Assembly (NCBI GenBank): GCA_964016885.1
Contig: OZ024741.1
Coordinates: 411,618,001 to 411,682,000, forward strand
Reading direction: 5' to 3'
Source: Eledone cirrhosa
Taxonomy: Eukaryota
Length of the DNA: 64,000 bases
A program made the position numbers and the translations under genes. This document shows, piece by piece, positions 16,888 through 33,700 of this stretch (positions are counted from its first letter, which is position 1; the number at the start of each line of letters is the position of its first letter). The notes under the pieces were generated by a model. That model ran no database searches and was not told the DNA's origin. It saw only the letters and a program-made list of their open reading frames with translations.

Positions 16888-17950
16888 AATATAATGAAAT
16901 GACAGGAGGCTGGATTTGTGTAAATCCTTGAAAGGTTTATTATACTATGATCATTTCAATGACCGGGTTCCGTATGAATCCGGTGATATCATCAGGTATT
17001 CGAAATATAATACGTGAATGTAATAGGTAAAATCCATGGGGCTGAAAATCGAGACCCGAGGGCGACCGCTATTCTGTTCCTTCAACCTCAGCCGGTCGCC
17101 CTGGAGTGACGTGGCCAAATTTTATAGTATGCTACTACCGGTCAGATGAACGAAAACAGAAAGAGATGGGAGCATAGGTTAACGTCGATCCCATGACACA
17201 AAGGTAAAAGAAAGAAAGAAAGGAAGGAGAGGAAGGGGGAAGAAAGAAGAAAAGAAGTCAGGGTTAATGTCAGCTAAAAGAGGAAGGTAACTACTACTGG
17301 TCAGATATAGGCAAGCAAGAGGGGAAGGAATATAAGTCTGCAGGGAGGAGGAGAGGAGAGAAGGAAGGGAAGAGAGAAGTAGAAAAGTAAGGGTTGATGG
17401 CTACAAGAAGGAAGATAGAAAGGATAGGATGAAGTTAAAAAAATTTAATAATCAATATTCAATATTAAAGAGGTTAGAAAATTTAAAGTTCAACAGTTTA
17501 ACAATTAATTATATAATAGTTCCGATTTGTTCTGTAATTTAAGGGTACTATTTGGCGGTTAAAACAACGGCCGCTCCCCGGGCCCCATGGCGAATTAAGC
17601 CACGCCGAGTATTTTCATTTACTGAAAGAAGGGGAAATTTATTTTTCCAAGCACTCTAGGTGAGCTCGTTCGCCACGGAGCTGGTCGTGCCGCCATTAAA
17701 ACCCACCCAACAGTCCGACAGAAAGTTGGAACTTTAAAATTTAGCTTAGAGAAGTAAAAGAGTAATGGTTGATAGCTACAAGAAGGAAGATAGAAAGAGA
17801 GAGGAAGGAAGGTCGATATTAATGTCACACCACAGTCGGGCAGGAGTGGCGCGACAAAATTTTCACAGGGGACTCGCATCTTAGCAGAGGTGAATATAAT
17901 GGGGGTCAGTGTGTTACAATGTTTAGACTTATAGGATGAAGTTAAAAAAT
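16886..17950 (-). mobile_element. Non-coding 3' end/pseudo-LTR of a probable Penelope-like element inside (TA)n
   Basis: Unique island flanked by TA runs. The minus strand has a hammerhead motif, then AATAAA, then (TA)n. Internal direct repeat GCTACAAGAAGGAAGATAGAAAG at ~17400 and ~17773. No RT ORF. Confidence 0.55.
16942..16999 (-). ncRNA. Type-I hammerhead ribozyme motif (palindromic stem III, Penelope-type)
   Basis: Minus strand: atac-CUGAUGA-[stem II containing accgg/ccggt and ttc/gaa]-GAAA-ugauca-UA-gtat. Stem I is atac/gtat; AUGAUCAU is a palindrome. Confidence 0.75.
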
Positions 17951-18074
17951 ATATATATATGAAGTTAAAATATATATATATATGAAGTTAAAATATTATA
18001 TATATATGTATATATATGTATATATATGTATATGTATATATATGTATGTATATGTATATATATGTATATATATG

Positions 18075-18107
<33 letters not shown>

Positions 18108-18128
18108 GTATATATATATATATGTATA

Positions 18129-18285
<157 letters not shown>

Positions 18286-18289
18286 GTAT

Positions 18290-18339
<50 letters not shown>

Positions 18340-18366
18340 GTATATATATATATATATGTATATATG

Positions 18367-18421
<55 letters not shown>

Positions 18422-18434
18422 GTATATATATATG

Positions 18435-18469
<35 letters not shown>

Positions 18470-18596
18470 GTATATATATATGTATATATATATATATATG
18501 TATATATATGTATATATATGTATATATATGTATATATATATATATATATGTATATATATGTATATATATGTATATGTATATATATGTATATATATG

Positions 18597-18815
<219 letters not shown>

Positions 18816-18941
18816 GTATATATATGTATATATATATTATATATATATGTATATATATGTATATATATGTATATGTATATATATGTATATATATGTATAT
18901 ATATATATGTATATATATGTATATATATGTATATATATGTA

Positions 18942-18999
<58 letters not shown>

Positions 19000-19007
19000 A
19001 ATGTATA

Positions 19008-19048
<41 letters not shown>

Positions 19049-19119
19049 GTATATATATGTATATGTATATATATGTATATATATGTATATATATATATGT
19101 ATATATATGTATATATATG

Positions 19120-19152
<33 letters not shown>

Positions 19153-19157
19153 GTATA

Positions 19158-19209
<52 letters not shown>

Positions 19210-19220
19210 GTATATATATG

Positions 19221-19330
<110 letters not shown>

Positions 19331-19339
19331 TATATGTAG

Positions 19340-19394
<55 letters not shown>

Positions 19395-19406
19395 TATATA
19401 TATATG

Positions 19407-19500
<94 letters not shown>

Positions 19501-19633
19501 ATATATATGTATATATATATATATATGTATATATATATGTATATATATATGTATATATATATGTATATATATATATATGTATATATATATGTATATATAT
19601 ATGTATATATATATATATATGTATATATATATG

Positions 19634-19665
<32 letters not shown>

Positions 19666-19666
19666 G

Positions 19667-19857
<191 letters not shown>

Positions 19858-19864
19858 GTATATA

Positions 19865-20041
<177 letters not shown>

Positions 20042-20264
20042 GTATATATATATGTATATATATATATATGTGTATATATATATATATATGTATATATATA
20101 TGTATATATATATATATGTGTATATATATATATATATGTATATATATATGTATATATATATATATATGTATATATATGTATATATATATATATATATGTA
20201 TATATATGTATATATATGTATATGTATATATATGTATGTATATGTATATATATGTATATATATG

Positions 20265-20297
<33 letters not shown>

Positions 20298-20354
20298 GTA
20301 TATATATATATATATGTATATATATGTATATATATATATATTATATATATGTAT

Positions 20355-20457
<103 letters not shown>

Positions 20458-20480
20458 GTATAGTATATATATATATGTAT

Positions 20481-20528
<48 letters not shown>

Positions 20529-20555
20529 GTATATATATATATATATGTATATATG

Positions 20556-20591
<36 letters not shown>

Positions 20592-20624
20592 TGTATATAT
20601 TATATATATATGTATATATATATG

Positions 20625-20659
<35 letters not shown>

Positions 20660-20779
20660 GTATATATATATGTATATATATATATATGTATATTATATGT
20701 ATATATATGTATATATATGTATATATATATATATATATGTATATATATGTATATATATGTATATGTATATATATGTATA

Positions 20780-20826
<47 letters not shown>

Positions 20827-20948
20827 GTATATATATGTATATGTATATATATATGTATATATATGTATATATATTATATATATATGTATATATATATATA
20901 TATATTATATATGTATATATATGTATATATATATATATATATATATTG

Positions 20949-21019
<71 letters not shown>

Positions 21020-21036
21020 TATATATAAGTATAATA

Positions 21037-21085
<49 letters not shown>

Positions 21086-21096
21086 GTATATATATG

Positions 21097-21127
<31 letters not shown>

Positions 21128-21209
21128 GTATATATATGTATATGTATATATATGTATATATATGTATATATATATATGTATATATATGTATATATATGTA
21201 TAATATATG

Positions 21210-21262
<53 letters not shown>

Positions 21263-21519
21263 GTATATATATGTATATATGTATATATATATATGTATAT
21301 ATATGTATATATAATGTATATGTATATATATGTATATATATATATATATGTATATATGTATATATATGTATATATATGTATATGTATATATATGTATATA
21401 TATATGTATATATATATATGTATATATATGTATTTATATGTATATATATATGTATATATATGTATATATATATGTATATATATATATTATATATATGTAT
21501 ATATATGTATATATATATG

Positions 21520-21551
<32 letters not shown>

Positions 21552-21567
21552 TATATATATATGTATA

Positions 21568-21616
<49 letters not shown>

Positions 21617-21712
21617 TATATATATATATATATATTATGTAAATATTATATATATATATATGTATATATTATATATATATATATGTATATATATAATATA
21701 TATACTATGTAT

Positions 21713-21821
<109 letters not shown>

Positions 21822-21834
21822 GTATATATATGTT

Positions 21835-21916
<82 letters not shown>

Positions 21917-21927
21917 CATATATATAC

Positions 21928-21962
<35 letters not shown>

Positions 21963-22016
21963 CATATATATATACATATATATACATATATATATATACA
22001 TATATACTATATATAC

Positions 22017-22288
<272 letters not shown>

Positions 22289-22511
22289 ATATACATATAT
22301 ATACATATACATACATATACATATATATACATATATATACATATATATATATATATATACATATATATACATATATATATATATATACATATACATATAC
22401 ATATATATATATATATACATATACATATACATATATATACATATATATACATATATATATACTATATATACATATATATACATATATATATATATATACA
22501 TATATATATAC

Positions 22512-22546
<35 letters not shown>

Positions 22547-22559
22547 CATATATATATAC

Positions 22560-22634
<75 letters not shown>

Positions 22635-22688
22635 CATATATACATATATATATATATATACATATATATATAATATATACATATATAC

Positions 22689-22740
<52 letters not shown>

Positions 22741-22786
22741 CATATATATATACATATATATATATATTATTATACATATACATATA

Positions 22787-23009
<223 letters not shown>

Positions 23010-23017
23010 TATATATG

Positions 23018-23195
<178 letters not shown>

Positions 23196-23204
23196 GTATA
23201 TATG

Positions 23205-23239
<35 letters not shown>

Positions 23240-23303
23240 GTATCATATGTATATATATATATATATGTATATATTATATATAGTATATATATATATATAT
23301 GTA

Positions 23304-23356
<53 letters not shown>

Positions 23357-23367
23357 GTATTTATATG

Positions 23368-23403
<36 letters not shown>

Positions 23404-23495
23404 TAAGTATATATATATATATATATATATATACTGTATTAATATATATATAATATATGTATATATATATATATATATATAATGTATATATATAT

Positions 23496-23540
23496 GTGCC
23501 CAGCATGGCCTCAGCCGGATGGCTGAAACAGGTAAAAGAG
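23496..23540 (+). mobile_element. 45-bp 3' tail of a SINE inside the TA array
   Basis: GTGCCCAGCATGGCCTCAGCCGGATGGCTGAAACAGGTAAAAGA resembles the reverse complement of the SINE tail at ~39050-39098. Confidence 0.65.
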
Positions 23541-23575
23541 TATATGTATATATATATATATATATATATAATGTA

Positions 23576-23606
<31 letters not shown>

Positions 23607-23615
23607 ATATATATG

Positions 23616-23756
<141 letters not shown>

Positions 23757-23795
23757 GTATATATATATATATATATGTATACTATATATATAATA

Positions 23796-23851
<56 letters not shown>

Positions 23852-23865
23852 TGTATATATATATG

Positions 23866-23896
<31 letters not shown>

Positions 23897-23897
23897 G

Positions 23898-23970
<73 letters not shown>

Positions 23971-23993
23971 TATATATATATATATATGTATAT

Positions 23994-24025
<32 letters not shown>

Positions 24026-24048
24026 GTATATATATGTATATATATATG

Positions 24049-24117
<69 letters not shown>

Positions 24118-24130
24118 GTATATGTATATG

Positions 24131-24206
<76 letters not shown>

Positions 24207-24239
24207 ATATATATGTATATATATATATATATGTAATAT

Positions 24240-24341
<102 letters not shown>

Positions 24342-24342
24342 G

Positions 24343-24381
<39 letters not shown>

Positions 24382-24469
24382 GTATATATATGTATATATA
24401 TATATTTATATATATGTATATATATATATGTGTATGTATATATATGTATAAATGTGTATATATATGTAT

Positions 24470-24505
<36 letters not shown>

Positions 24506-25519
24506 GTATATATATGTATATATATATATGTGTATATATATGTATATATATATATATATGTGTGTATATATGTATATATGTGTATATATATGTATATATA
24601 TATATGTGTATATATGTATATATATGTATATATATGTATATATATATGTGTATATATATGTGTATATATATGTATATATATGTGTATATATATGTATATA
24701 TATATATATGTGTATATATGTATATATATATATATGTGTATATATGTATTATATGTATATATATGTATATATATATGTGTATATATATGTATATATATAT
24801 GTGTATATATATGTATATATATAATGTGTATATATATGTATATATATATGTGTATATATATGTATATATATGTATATATATATGTGTATATATATGCATA
24901 TATATGTATATATATATGTGCATATATATGTATATATATATATGTGTGTATATATATGTATATATATATATGTTGTATATATATGTATATATATGTATGT
25001 ATATATATGTATATATATATATGTGTATATATATGTATATATATGTGTATATATATGTATATATATGTATCTATATATATGTGTATATATGTGTGTATAT
25101 ATGTGTATATATATGTATATATATATGTATATATATGTGTATATATATGTATATATATATGTATATATATGTATATATATATATGTACTATATATGTATA
25201 TATATGTATATATATATGTATATATATGTATATATATATATGTATATATATATATGTATATATATATGTATATATATGTATATATATATATATGTATATA
25301 TATATGTATATATATATATATATATGTATATATATGTATATATATATTTATATATATGTATATATATATATGTGTATGTATATATATGTATATATGTGTA
25401 TATATATGTATATATGTGTATATATATGTATATATATATGTGTATATATATGTATATATATATATATGTGATATATATGTATATATGTGTATATATATGT
25501 ATTTATGTGTATATATATG

Positions 25520-25550
<31 letters not shown>

Positions 25551-25553
25551 TAT

Positions 25554-26164
25554 GTCAGGTCACCAGTTGGTGCTACTGGTAACATGTATCCCAGTACAAC
25601 CCTGTCCATGGTCGGGTCGTTGGCGACTAAACTGGCAACCCCCACCAGGTTTCTTGGTGAGGAGGGTGACTTTGGACATCCTGCAGGACTAAAAACAAAA
25701 CCTGTCAAAGGGCAAAGGAGCTCTTAAGAGTCAATGGCCATCCAAAATCACCGGGAGAGATGACCCCCTTAGCCTTTGTCAAGGCAGAATTCTAGGAGAA
25801 GGAAAACTCTGATATAACACCTGCAACCCTGATGGTATCCAATGATGTTGACTTGTTCTTCTTTTTGGTAAATATCATCTTGGTTAAGAGAGTGGGACTG
25901 GCTTTGTGCAGTGCCTTTGCTCACTATAAAAGCTTCACGGCACAGGCATTGCTTTATATCTGGAGATCTCTCTGCACTTGTCGTCACATGGTACCATGGG
26001 CCCAGCACTATGTGTCAGTAATTGTCACAAGTGTAGTGTTTGTACCAGAGTTTTCAAGTCGCTGGCTGGACTAAAAAGTCACACTCGTTCAGCGCATCGG
26101 TAGGGGTTCTCCCTACATGGATATAAAGTAGTGGCCGTACTCGAAAACGAGTTGGCAGCCACCA
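25554..26164 (+). mobile_element. Short non-autonomous RTE-derived element (5' UTR joined to ORF end and 3' UTR), longest copy
   Basis: RTE-type 5' motif CTAGGAGAAGGAAAACTCTGAT. The end encodes [25 protein letters not shown], like the RTE C-terminal C2H2 finger. Terminal hairpin CTCGAAAACGAG; flanked by (TA)n; repeated at 27978 and 36835. Confidence 0.7.
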
Positions 26165-26840
26165 TATATATATATATGTATATATATATATATGTGTATA
26201 TATGTATATATATGTATATATATGTATATATATATATGTGTATATATATGTATATATATGTGTATATCATATGTATATATATATATATGTGTATATATGT
26301 ATATATATGTATATATATGTATATATATGTATATATATGTATATATGTGTATATATATGTATATATATATGTGTATAATATATGTATATATATATATGTG
26401 TATATATATGTATATATATATTTGTATATATATGTATATATATATGTGTATATATATATGTATATATATATGTGTATATATATGTATATATATATGTGTA
26501 TATATATGCATATATATGTATATATATATGTGCATATATATGTATATATATATGTGTGTATATATATGTATATATATATGTGTGTATATATATGTATATA
26601 TATATATGTGTATATATATGTATATATATATATGTGTATATATATGTATATATATGTATATATATATATGTGTATATATATGTATATATATGTGTATATA
26701 TATGTATATATATGTATATATATATATGTGTATATATGTGTATATACGTGTATATATATGTATATATATGTATATATATATATATGTATATATATGTATA
26801 TATATATGTATATATATGTATATGTATATATATGTATATG

Positions 26841-26874
<34 letters not shown>

Positions 26875-26966
26875 TGTATATGTATATATATATATATGTA
26901 TATATATGTATATATATATGTATATATATGTATATATATGTATATATATATATGTATATATATATG

Positions 26967-26997
<31 letters not shown>

Positions 26998-27429
26998 TTA
27001 TATATATGTATATATATATATGTGTGTATGTATATATATGTATATATGTGTATATATATGTATATATATATATATGTGTATATATGTATATATATATATA
27101 TGTGTATATATGTATATATGTGTATATATATGTATATATATATATATGTATATATATGTATATATATGTATATATATATGTGTATATATATGTATATATA
27201 TATGTGTATATATATGTATATATATATATATGTGTATATATGTATATATATGTATTATATATGTATATATATATATGTGTATATATATGTATATATATAT
27301 GTGTATATATATGTGTATATATATGTGTATATATATGCATATACATGTATATATATATGTGTATATATGTGCATATATATGTATATATATATGTGTGTAT
27401 ATATATGTTTATATATATGTATATATATG

Positions 27430-27460
<31 letters not shown>

Positions 27461-27653
27461 GTGCATATATATGTATATATATGTGTATATATATGTATAT
27501 ATATATATGTATATATATGTGTATATATATATGTATATATATGTGTATATATATGTATATATATATATGTATATATATGTATATATATGTATATATATGT
27601 ATATTTATATGTATATATATATATGTATATATATATATGTATATATATATATG

Positions 27654-27684
<31 letters not shown>

Positions 27685-27743
27685 GTATATATATATATGT
27701 ATATATATATATGTGTATATATATATATGTATATATATATATG

Positions 27744-27844
<101 letters not shown>

Positions 27845-27871
27845 GTATATATATATATGTATATATATATG

Positions 27872-27902
<31 letters not shown>

Positions 27903-27977
27903 GTATATATATATATGTATATATATATGTGTATATATATATATATATGTGTATATATATATTGTAGATATATATTG

Positions 27978-28135
27978 ACACTATGTGTCAATAATTGTCA
28001 CAAGTGTAGTGTTTGTACCAGAGTTTTCAAGACGCTGGCTGGATTAAAAAGTGACACTTGTTCAGCGTATCGGTAGGGGTTCTCCTACATGGATATAAAG
28101 TAGTGGCCGTACTCGAAAACGAGTTGGCAGCCACC
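27978..28135 (+). mobile_element. 5'-truncated copy of the same RTE-derived short element
   Basis: Near-identical to 26006-26164 and 37044-37198; ends in (TA)n. Confidence 0.8.
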
Positions 28136-28254
28136 ATATATATGTGTATATATATGTATATATATATATATATATATATAGTGCAAATTTATACGGGAAC
28201 AAAACAGAGGCAGACAATTAAAGGTTTATTAGATTCACGCTATATATATATATA

Positions 28255-30228
28255 TTCAAAGCAGAGACCTCACTCTCCAGTTGGTCCTCTTCGCAATCCC
28301 CACACAAGCCAGATCACTGACGATCCCAAGGAATGCGCAGAACTCATTGCTGAGTGCTATGCAAGTATTTTTACTGTTGAAAACCAGAATGTACCATCTC
28401 CACCATCTCTAACATCAAATTCCATAACAACTATGGAATTTACACCTGCAATGTTGCGACGTCACCTTAAGAATAAGCGCAACTATGCCTCCCCTGGTCT
28501 TGATGGTGTGACATACCTGCTTCTCAAACGTGGCGGGGATTTCCTTTTGCGCCAGCTTTCTTTTTCTTTGCAATATTGTCTCAGCAATGGTGCTACTCCG
28601 GAGCAGTGGAAAACTGCCAGTGTCATTCCCCTGTTCAAAAAGGGCAACCGCATGTCACCTGTCAACTATCGTCCAGTCAATCTTACTAGCTGTATGGCCA
28701 AACTGATGGAATCCTGTGTCAGAGAAACACTTTGGAACTTCTGGAGCTCTCACAGCCTCATCCGGCCCTCACAGTTTGGATTTATCCCTAACTCCAGCTG
28801 CTGTGATCAGCTTATCGAGTTCCTTGAGGACATCACCCGGATCACTGACAGCGGCTCATGGGTGGATGTTGTTTACCTTGACTTTGCTAAGGCTTTTAAT
28901 TCTGTGCCACACAAAAGACTTATGGCAAAACTCTCTGCAATGGGTGTGAGGGATGATCTTTTCGACTGGCTGAAATCCTTCATTCTCAGCCGAAGGGAAG
29001 TAGTCACGGTTCTAGGACAGCATTCTTCACCATATGAGATGTCATCTGGTGTACCACAGGGATCTGTTCTTGGTCCTCTTTTGTTTGTGGCATATATTAA
29101 TGACATAGATGCCAACTTACAGAATGCCACGGTACTAAAATATGCAGATGACATCAAGCTGTACCTTGAAATCAAAAGGACTGATCCTGAAATTTACAAC
29201 TCTTTCCTACAATCAGACCTGGACACAATGCAGCAATGGATCACAGACTGGCAACTGAAGCTGGCTGGACAAGTGTACCACCATGCATTTTGAAGGAAAA
29301 ATCCAGCGTTCCACATACTCCCTCCACAACACTGACATCAAAAAGTCCTCTTGTGAACGTGACCTAGGCATTACTGTCAGCAACGATTTGCGTTGGACAA
29401 AGCATGTCTCTAAGATTGTCAAGAAGGCCGAGGGTGTCTTGGCATCACTCAGCAAGACCTTTGTTAGCCGCTCTCCAGCCATCTATTTAAAACTGTATAC
29501 AGCTATGGTGCGACCACACTTGGAATTCGCATCATCAGTCTGGAACCCCTATCTTGCTCGGAACATTGACCTCCTGGAAACTGTTCAGAGACGTGCAACC
29601 AAGCGCATACCCTCCATCAGACACCTACCATACTCTGAACGCCTTGCTTCCCTGGGCATGGATTCATTGAAGCTCCGACGTCTGGCAGTGGACTTGGTGA
29701 ATACCCACAAAGTTTTTAACCATCTCGCCAACTGCAACCCTGAGCGCCTCTTTGATCTCCATGTGTCTAACACACGTGACATGCCTACAAGATAAGAAAA
29801 CAGCACAGCTCCCATGACTTTCGCAGACATTTTTTCACGCTCAGAGTTGCTGAAACATGGAACAAACTGCCTGCGTCAATTGTTAGCTGCCGAGACACTG
29901 CATCCTTTAAGACACTCATGCTTCCCGAAATACGCCAAAACTACACCTGATGTGCCCCTTCCATACACATGCACACGTGTGCACTGTTCATTTTACTGAT
30001 GTTTGTGCATTGCCCTATGTACTGTACATGCACTTTTTTGATGGGTTGTGGTGCACCTGGGCACTGTGCACAATATTTCATTATTGTTATTGTTATTATA
30101 TCATGACTCATACACTGTTTATTTTCCTGACATTTGTACATTATTCTATGTACTATACATGCACCTTTGATGAGTTGTAGTGCACCTGAGCACTGTACAC
30201 AATAATTTCATTATTATCATTATTATCA
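28255..30228 (+). mobile_element. 5'-truncated, frameshifted CR1/L2-group LINE (RT domain and 3' UTR)
   Basis: Motifs SPGLDG, NYRPVNL, YLDFAKAF, GVPQGSVLGP, YADD, ERDLGI, RPHLEFASSVWNPY, FFTLRVAETWNKLP. Frameshifts at ~29270 and ~29778; ORF ends 29950; (ATT)-type tail at ~30210-30228. Confidence 0.92.
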
Positions 30229-30281
30229 TATATACATATATATATATTAATAGTTATGTAATAAACAACATAAGGCAATTA

Positions 30282-30342
30282 TTTCAATTACCAGTGGTTT
30301 CTTAAAAGCAAACAAATTTTGTTTTCAATCATCAGAATGAAA
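30282..30342 (-). ncRNA. Type-I hammerhead ribozyme motif
   Basis: Minus strand: tttcatt-CUGAUGA-ttgaaa[acaaaatttgtttgc]ttttaa-GAAA-cc act gg-UA-attgaaa. Stem I 6/7 pairs, stem II 6 pairs, short stem III. Confidence 0.75.
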
Positions 30343-30604
30343 AAATCCTGGTGTATTTATGGTGTTAGATGTTAAACACAAAAATATAATCTATATATAT
30401 ATAAATGAAAATATAGAAAGTAATGTGAGCAAGAAGCCAACAGTACAGTATTTCATATGTGACTATAACGTCAAATGGAAAATAATTAACGTAAGATATG
30501 GGAAAATAATTCAAACTCAATAAAAAAAAAAATCAAGACAGATTTTTTATTTTAACCACAGATATTGTGAAATCCAGGGAAAAACCAATAGAGTCTTAAC
30601 TCAG

Positions 30605-30638
30605 AATAAATATATATATATATATATATAGTGCTCCA

Positions 30639-30669
<31 letters not shown>

Positions 30670-30677
30670 GTGCTCCA

Positions 30678-30717
<40 letters not shown>

Positions 30718-30727
30718 CTCCAATAAA
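30605..30727. repeat. Short tandem repeat AATAAA(TA)nGTGCTCC x3
   Basis: Seen directly. Confidence 0.9.
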
Positions 30728-30796
30728 CTATAGCGTGTCATTTGTTAATTTAAACGTCCTTGTATAGTTGATTGTCTGTCTGAGAATGAGATAGAC

Positions 30797-33700
30797 ATAG
30801 TGTGTGAGAGAGAGGGAGTAGTATATACGTGTTTGAGAGAGAGGGAGTATACGTGAGAGAGGGAGGGAGTAGTATATACGTGTGTGAGAGAGTAGTATGT
30901 ACGTGTGTGAGAGAGTAGTGTATACATGAGAGAGGGAGGGAGTAGAATATACGTGTGAGAGAGAGAGGGAGTAGTGTATACGTGTGTGTGTGAGAGAGGG
31001 AGTAGTATATACGTGTGAGAGAGAGAGTAGTATATACGTGTGTGTGAGAGAGAGGGAGTAGTATATACGTGTGAGAGAGGGGAGTAGTATATACGTGTGA
31101 GAGAGAGAGTAGTGTATACGTGTGTGTGAGAGAGAGGGAGTAGTATATACGTGTGAGAGAGAGAGTAGTGTATACGTGTGAGAGAGAGAGTAGTGTATAC
31201 GTGTGTGTGAGAGAGAGGGAGTAGTATATACGTGTGAGAGAGGGAGTAGTATATACGTGTGAGAGAGAGAGGGAGTAGTGTATACGTGTGAGAGAGAGAG
31301 TAGTGTATACGTGTGAGAGAGAGAGTAGTGTATACGTGTGAGAGAGAGAGTAGTATATACGTGTGAGAGAGAGAGTAGTGTATACGTGTGAGAGAGAGAG
31401 TAGTATATACGTGTGAGAGAGAGAGTAGTATATACGTGTGAGAGAGGGAGTAGTATATACGTGTGAGAGAGAGAGGGAGTAGTGTATACGTGTGAGAGAG
31501 AGAGTAGTGTATACGTGTGAGAGAGAGAGTAGTGTATACGTGTGTGTGAGAGAGAGGGAGTAGTATATACGTGTGAGAGAGGGAGTAGTATATACGTGTG
31601 AGAGAGGGAGTAGTATATACGTGTGAGAGAGAGAGGGAGTAGTGTATACGTGTGAGAGAGAGAGTAGTGTATACGTGTGAGAGAGAGAGTAGTGTATACG
31701 TGTGTGTGAGAGAGAGGGAGTAGTATATACGTGTGAGAGAGGGAGTAGTATATACGTGTGAGAGAGAGAGGGAGTAGTGTATACGTGTGTGTGAGAGAGA
31801 GGGAGTAGTATATACGTGTGAGAGAGAGAGGGAGTAGTGTATACGTGTGAGAGAGAGAGTAGTATATACGTGTGAGAGAGAGAGGGAGTAGTGTATACGT
31901 GTGTGTGAGAGAGAGAGAGTAGTGTATACGTGTGTGTGAGAGAGAGGGAGTAGTATATACGTGTGAGAGAGGGAGTAGTATATACGTGTGAGAGAGAGAG
32001 TAGTGTATACGTGTGTGAGAGAGAGAGTAGTATATACGTGTGAGAGAGGGAGTAGTGTATACGTGTGAGAGAGAGAGGGAGTAGTGTATACGTGTGAGAG
32101 AGAGAGGGAGTAGTATATACGTGTGAGAGAGAGAGGGAGTAGTGTATACGTGTGTGTGAGAGAGAGGGAGTAGTATATACGTGTGAGAGAGAGAGGGAGT
32201 AGTGTATACGTGTGAGAGAGAGAGTAGTATATACGTGTGAGAGAGAGAGGGAGTAGTGTATACGTGTGTGTGAGAGAGAGAGAGTAGTGTATACGTGTGT
32301 GTGAGAGAGAGGGAGTAGTATATACGTGTGAGAGAGGGAGTAGTATATACGTGTGAGAGAGAGAGTAGTGTATACGTGTGTGAGAGAGAGAGTAGTATAT
32401 ACGTGTGAGAGAGGGAGTAGTGTATACGTGTGAGAGAGAGAGGGAGTAGTGTATACGTGTGAGAGAGAGAGGGAGTAGTATATACGTGTGAGAGAGAGAG
32501 TAGTGTATACGTGTGAGAGAGAGAGTAGTATATACGTGTGAGAGAGAGAGTAGTATATACGTGTGTGTGAGAGAGAGGGAGTAGTATATACGTGTGAGAG
32601 AGAGAGTAGTATATACGTGTGAGAGAGAGAGTAGTATATACGTGTGAGAGAGGGAGTAGTGTATACGTGTGAGAGAGAGAGTAGTGTATACGTGTGAGAG
32701 AGAGAGTAGTATATACGTGTGAGAGAGAGAGTAGTGTATACGTGTGAGAGAGAGAGTAGTGTATACGTGTGAGAGAGAGAGTAGTATATACGTGTGAGAG
32801 AGAGAGTAGTGTATACGTGTGTGTGAGAGAGAGGGAGTAGTATATACGTGTGAGAGAGAGAGTAGTATATACGTGTGAGAGAGAGAGTAGTATATACGTG
32901 TGAGAGAGGGAGTAGTGTATACGTGTGAGAGAGAGAGTAGTATATACGTGTGAGAGAGAGAGTAGTGTATACGTGTGTGTGAGAGAGAGGGAGTAGTATA
33001 TACGTGTGAGAGAGAGAGGAGTAGTGTATACGTGTGAGAGAGAGAGGGAGTAGTGTATACGTGTGAGAGAGAGAGGGAGTAGTGTATACGTGTGAGAGAG
33101 TGAGTAGTATATACGTGTGAGAGAGAGAGTAGTATATACGTGTGAGAGAGAGAGGGAGTAGTGTATACGTGTGAGAGAGAGAGTAGTATATACGTGTGAG
33201 AGAGTGAGTAGTATATACGTGTGAGAGAGAGAGTAGTATATACGTGTGTGAGAGAGGGAGTAGTATATACGTGTGAGAGAGAGAGTAGTATATACGTGTG
33301 AGAGAGAGAGGGAGTAGTGTATACGTGTGAGAGAGAGAGGGAGTAGTGTATACGTGTGAGAGAGAGAGTAGTATATACGTGTGTGAGAGAGGGAGTAGTA
33401 TATACGTGTGAGAGAGAGAGGGAGTAGTGTATACGTGTGAGAGAGAGAGTAGTATATACGTGTGAGAGAGAGAGTAGTGTATACGTGTGAGAGAGAGAGG
33501 GAGTAGTGTATACGTGTGAGAGAGAGAGTAGTGTATACGTGTGAGAGAGAGAGTAGTATATACGTGTGAGAGAGAGAGTAGTGTATACGTGTGTGTGAGA
33601 GAGAGGGAGTAGTATATACGTGTGAGAGAGAGAGGGAGTAGTGTATACGTGTGAGAGAGAGAGTAGTATATACGTGTGAGAGAGAGAGGGAGTAGTGTAT

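Noticed and set aside
25769-26008. Duplicated 79/113-aa minus-strand ORF as a novel small gene
   Set aside because: Antisense reading of the repeated RTE-derived element; the + strand carries the recognisable zinc finger.
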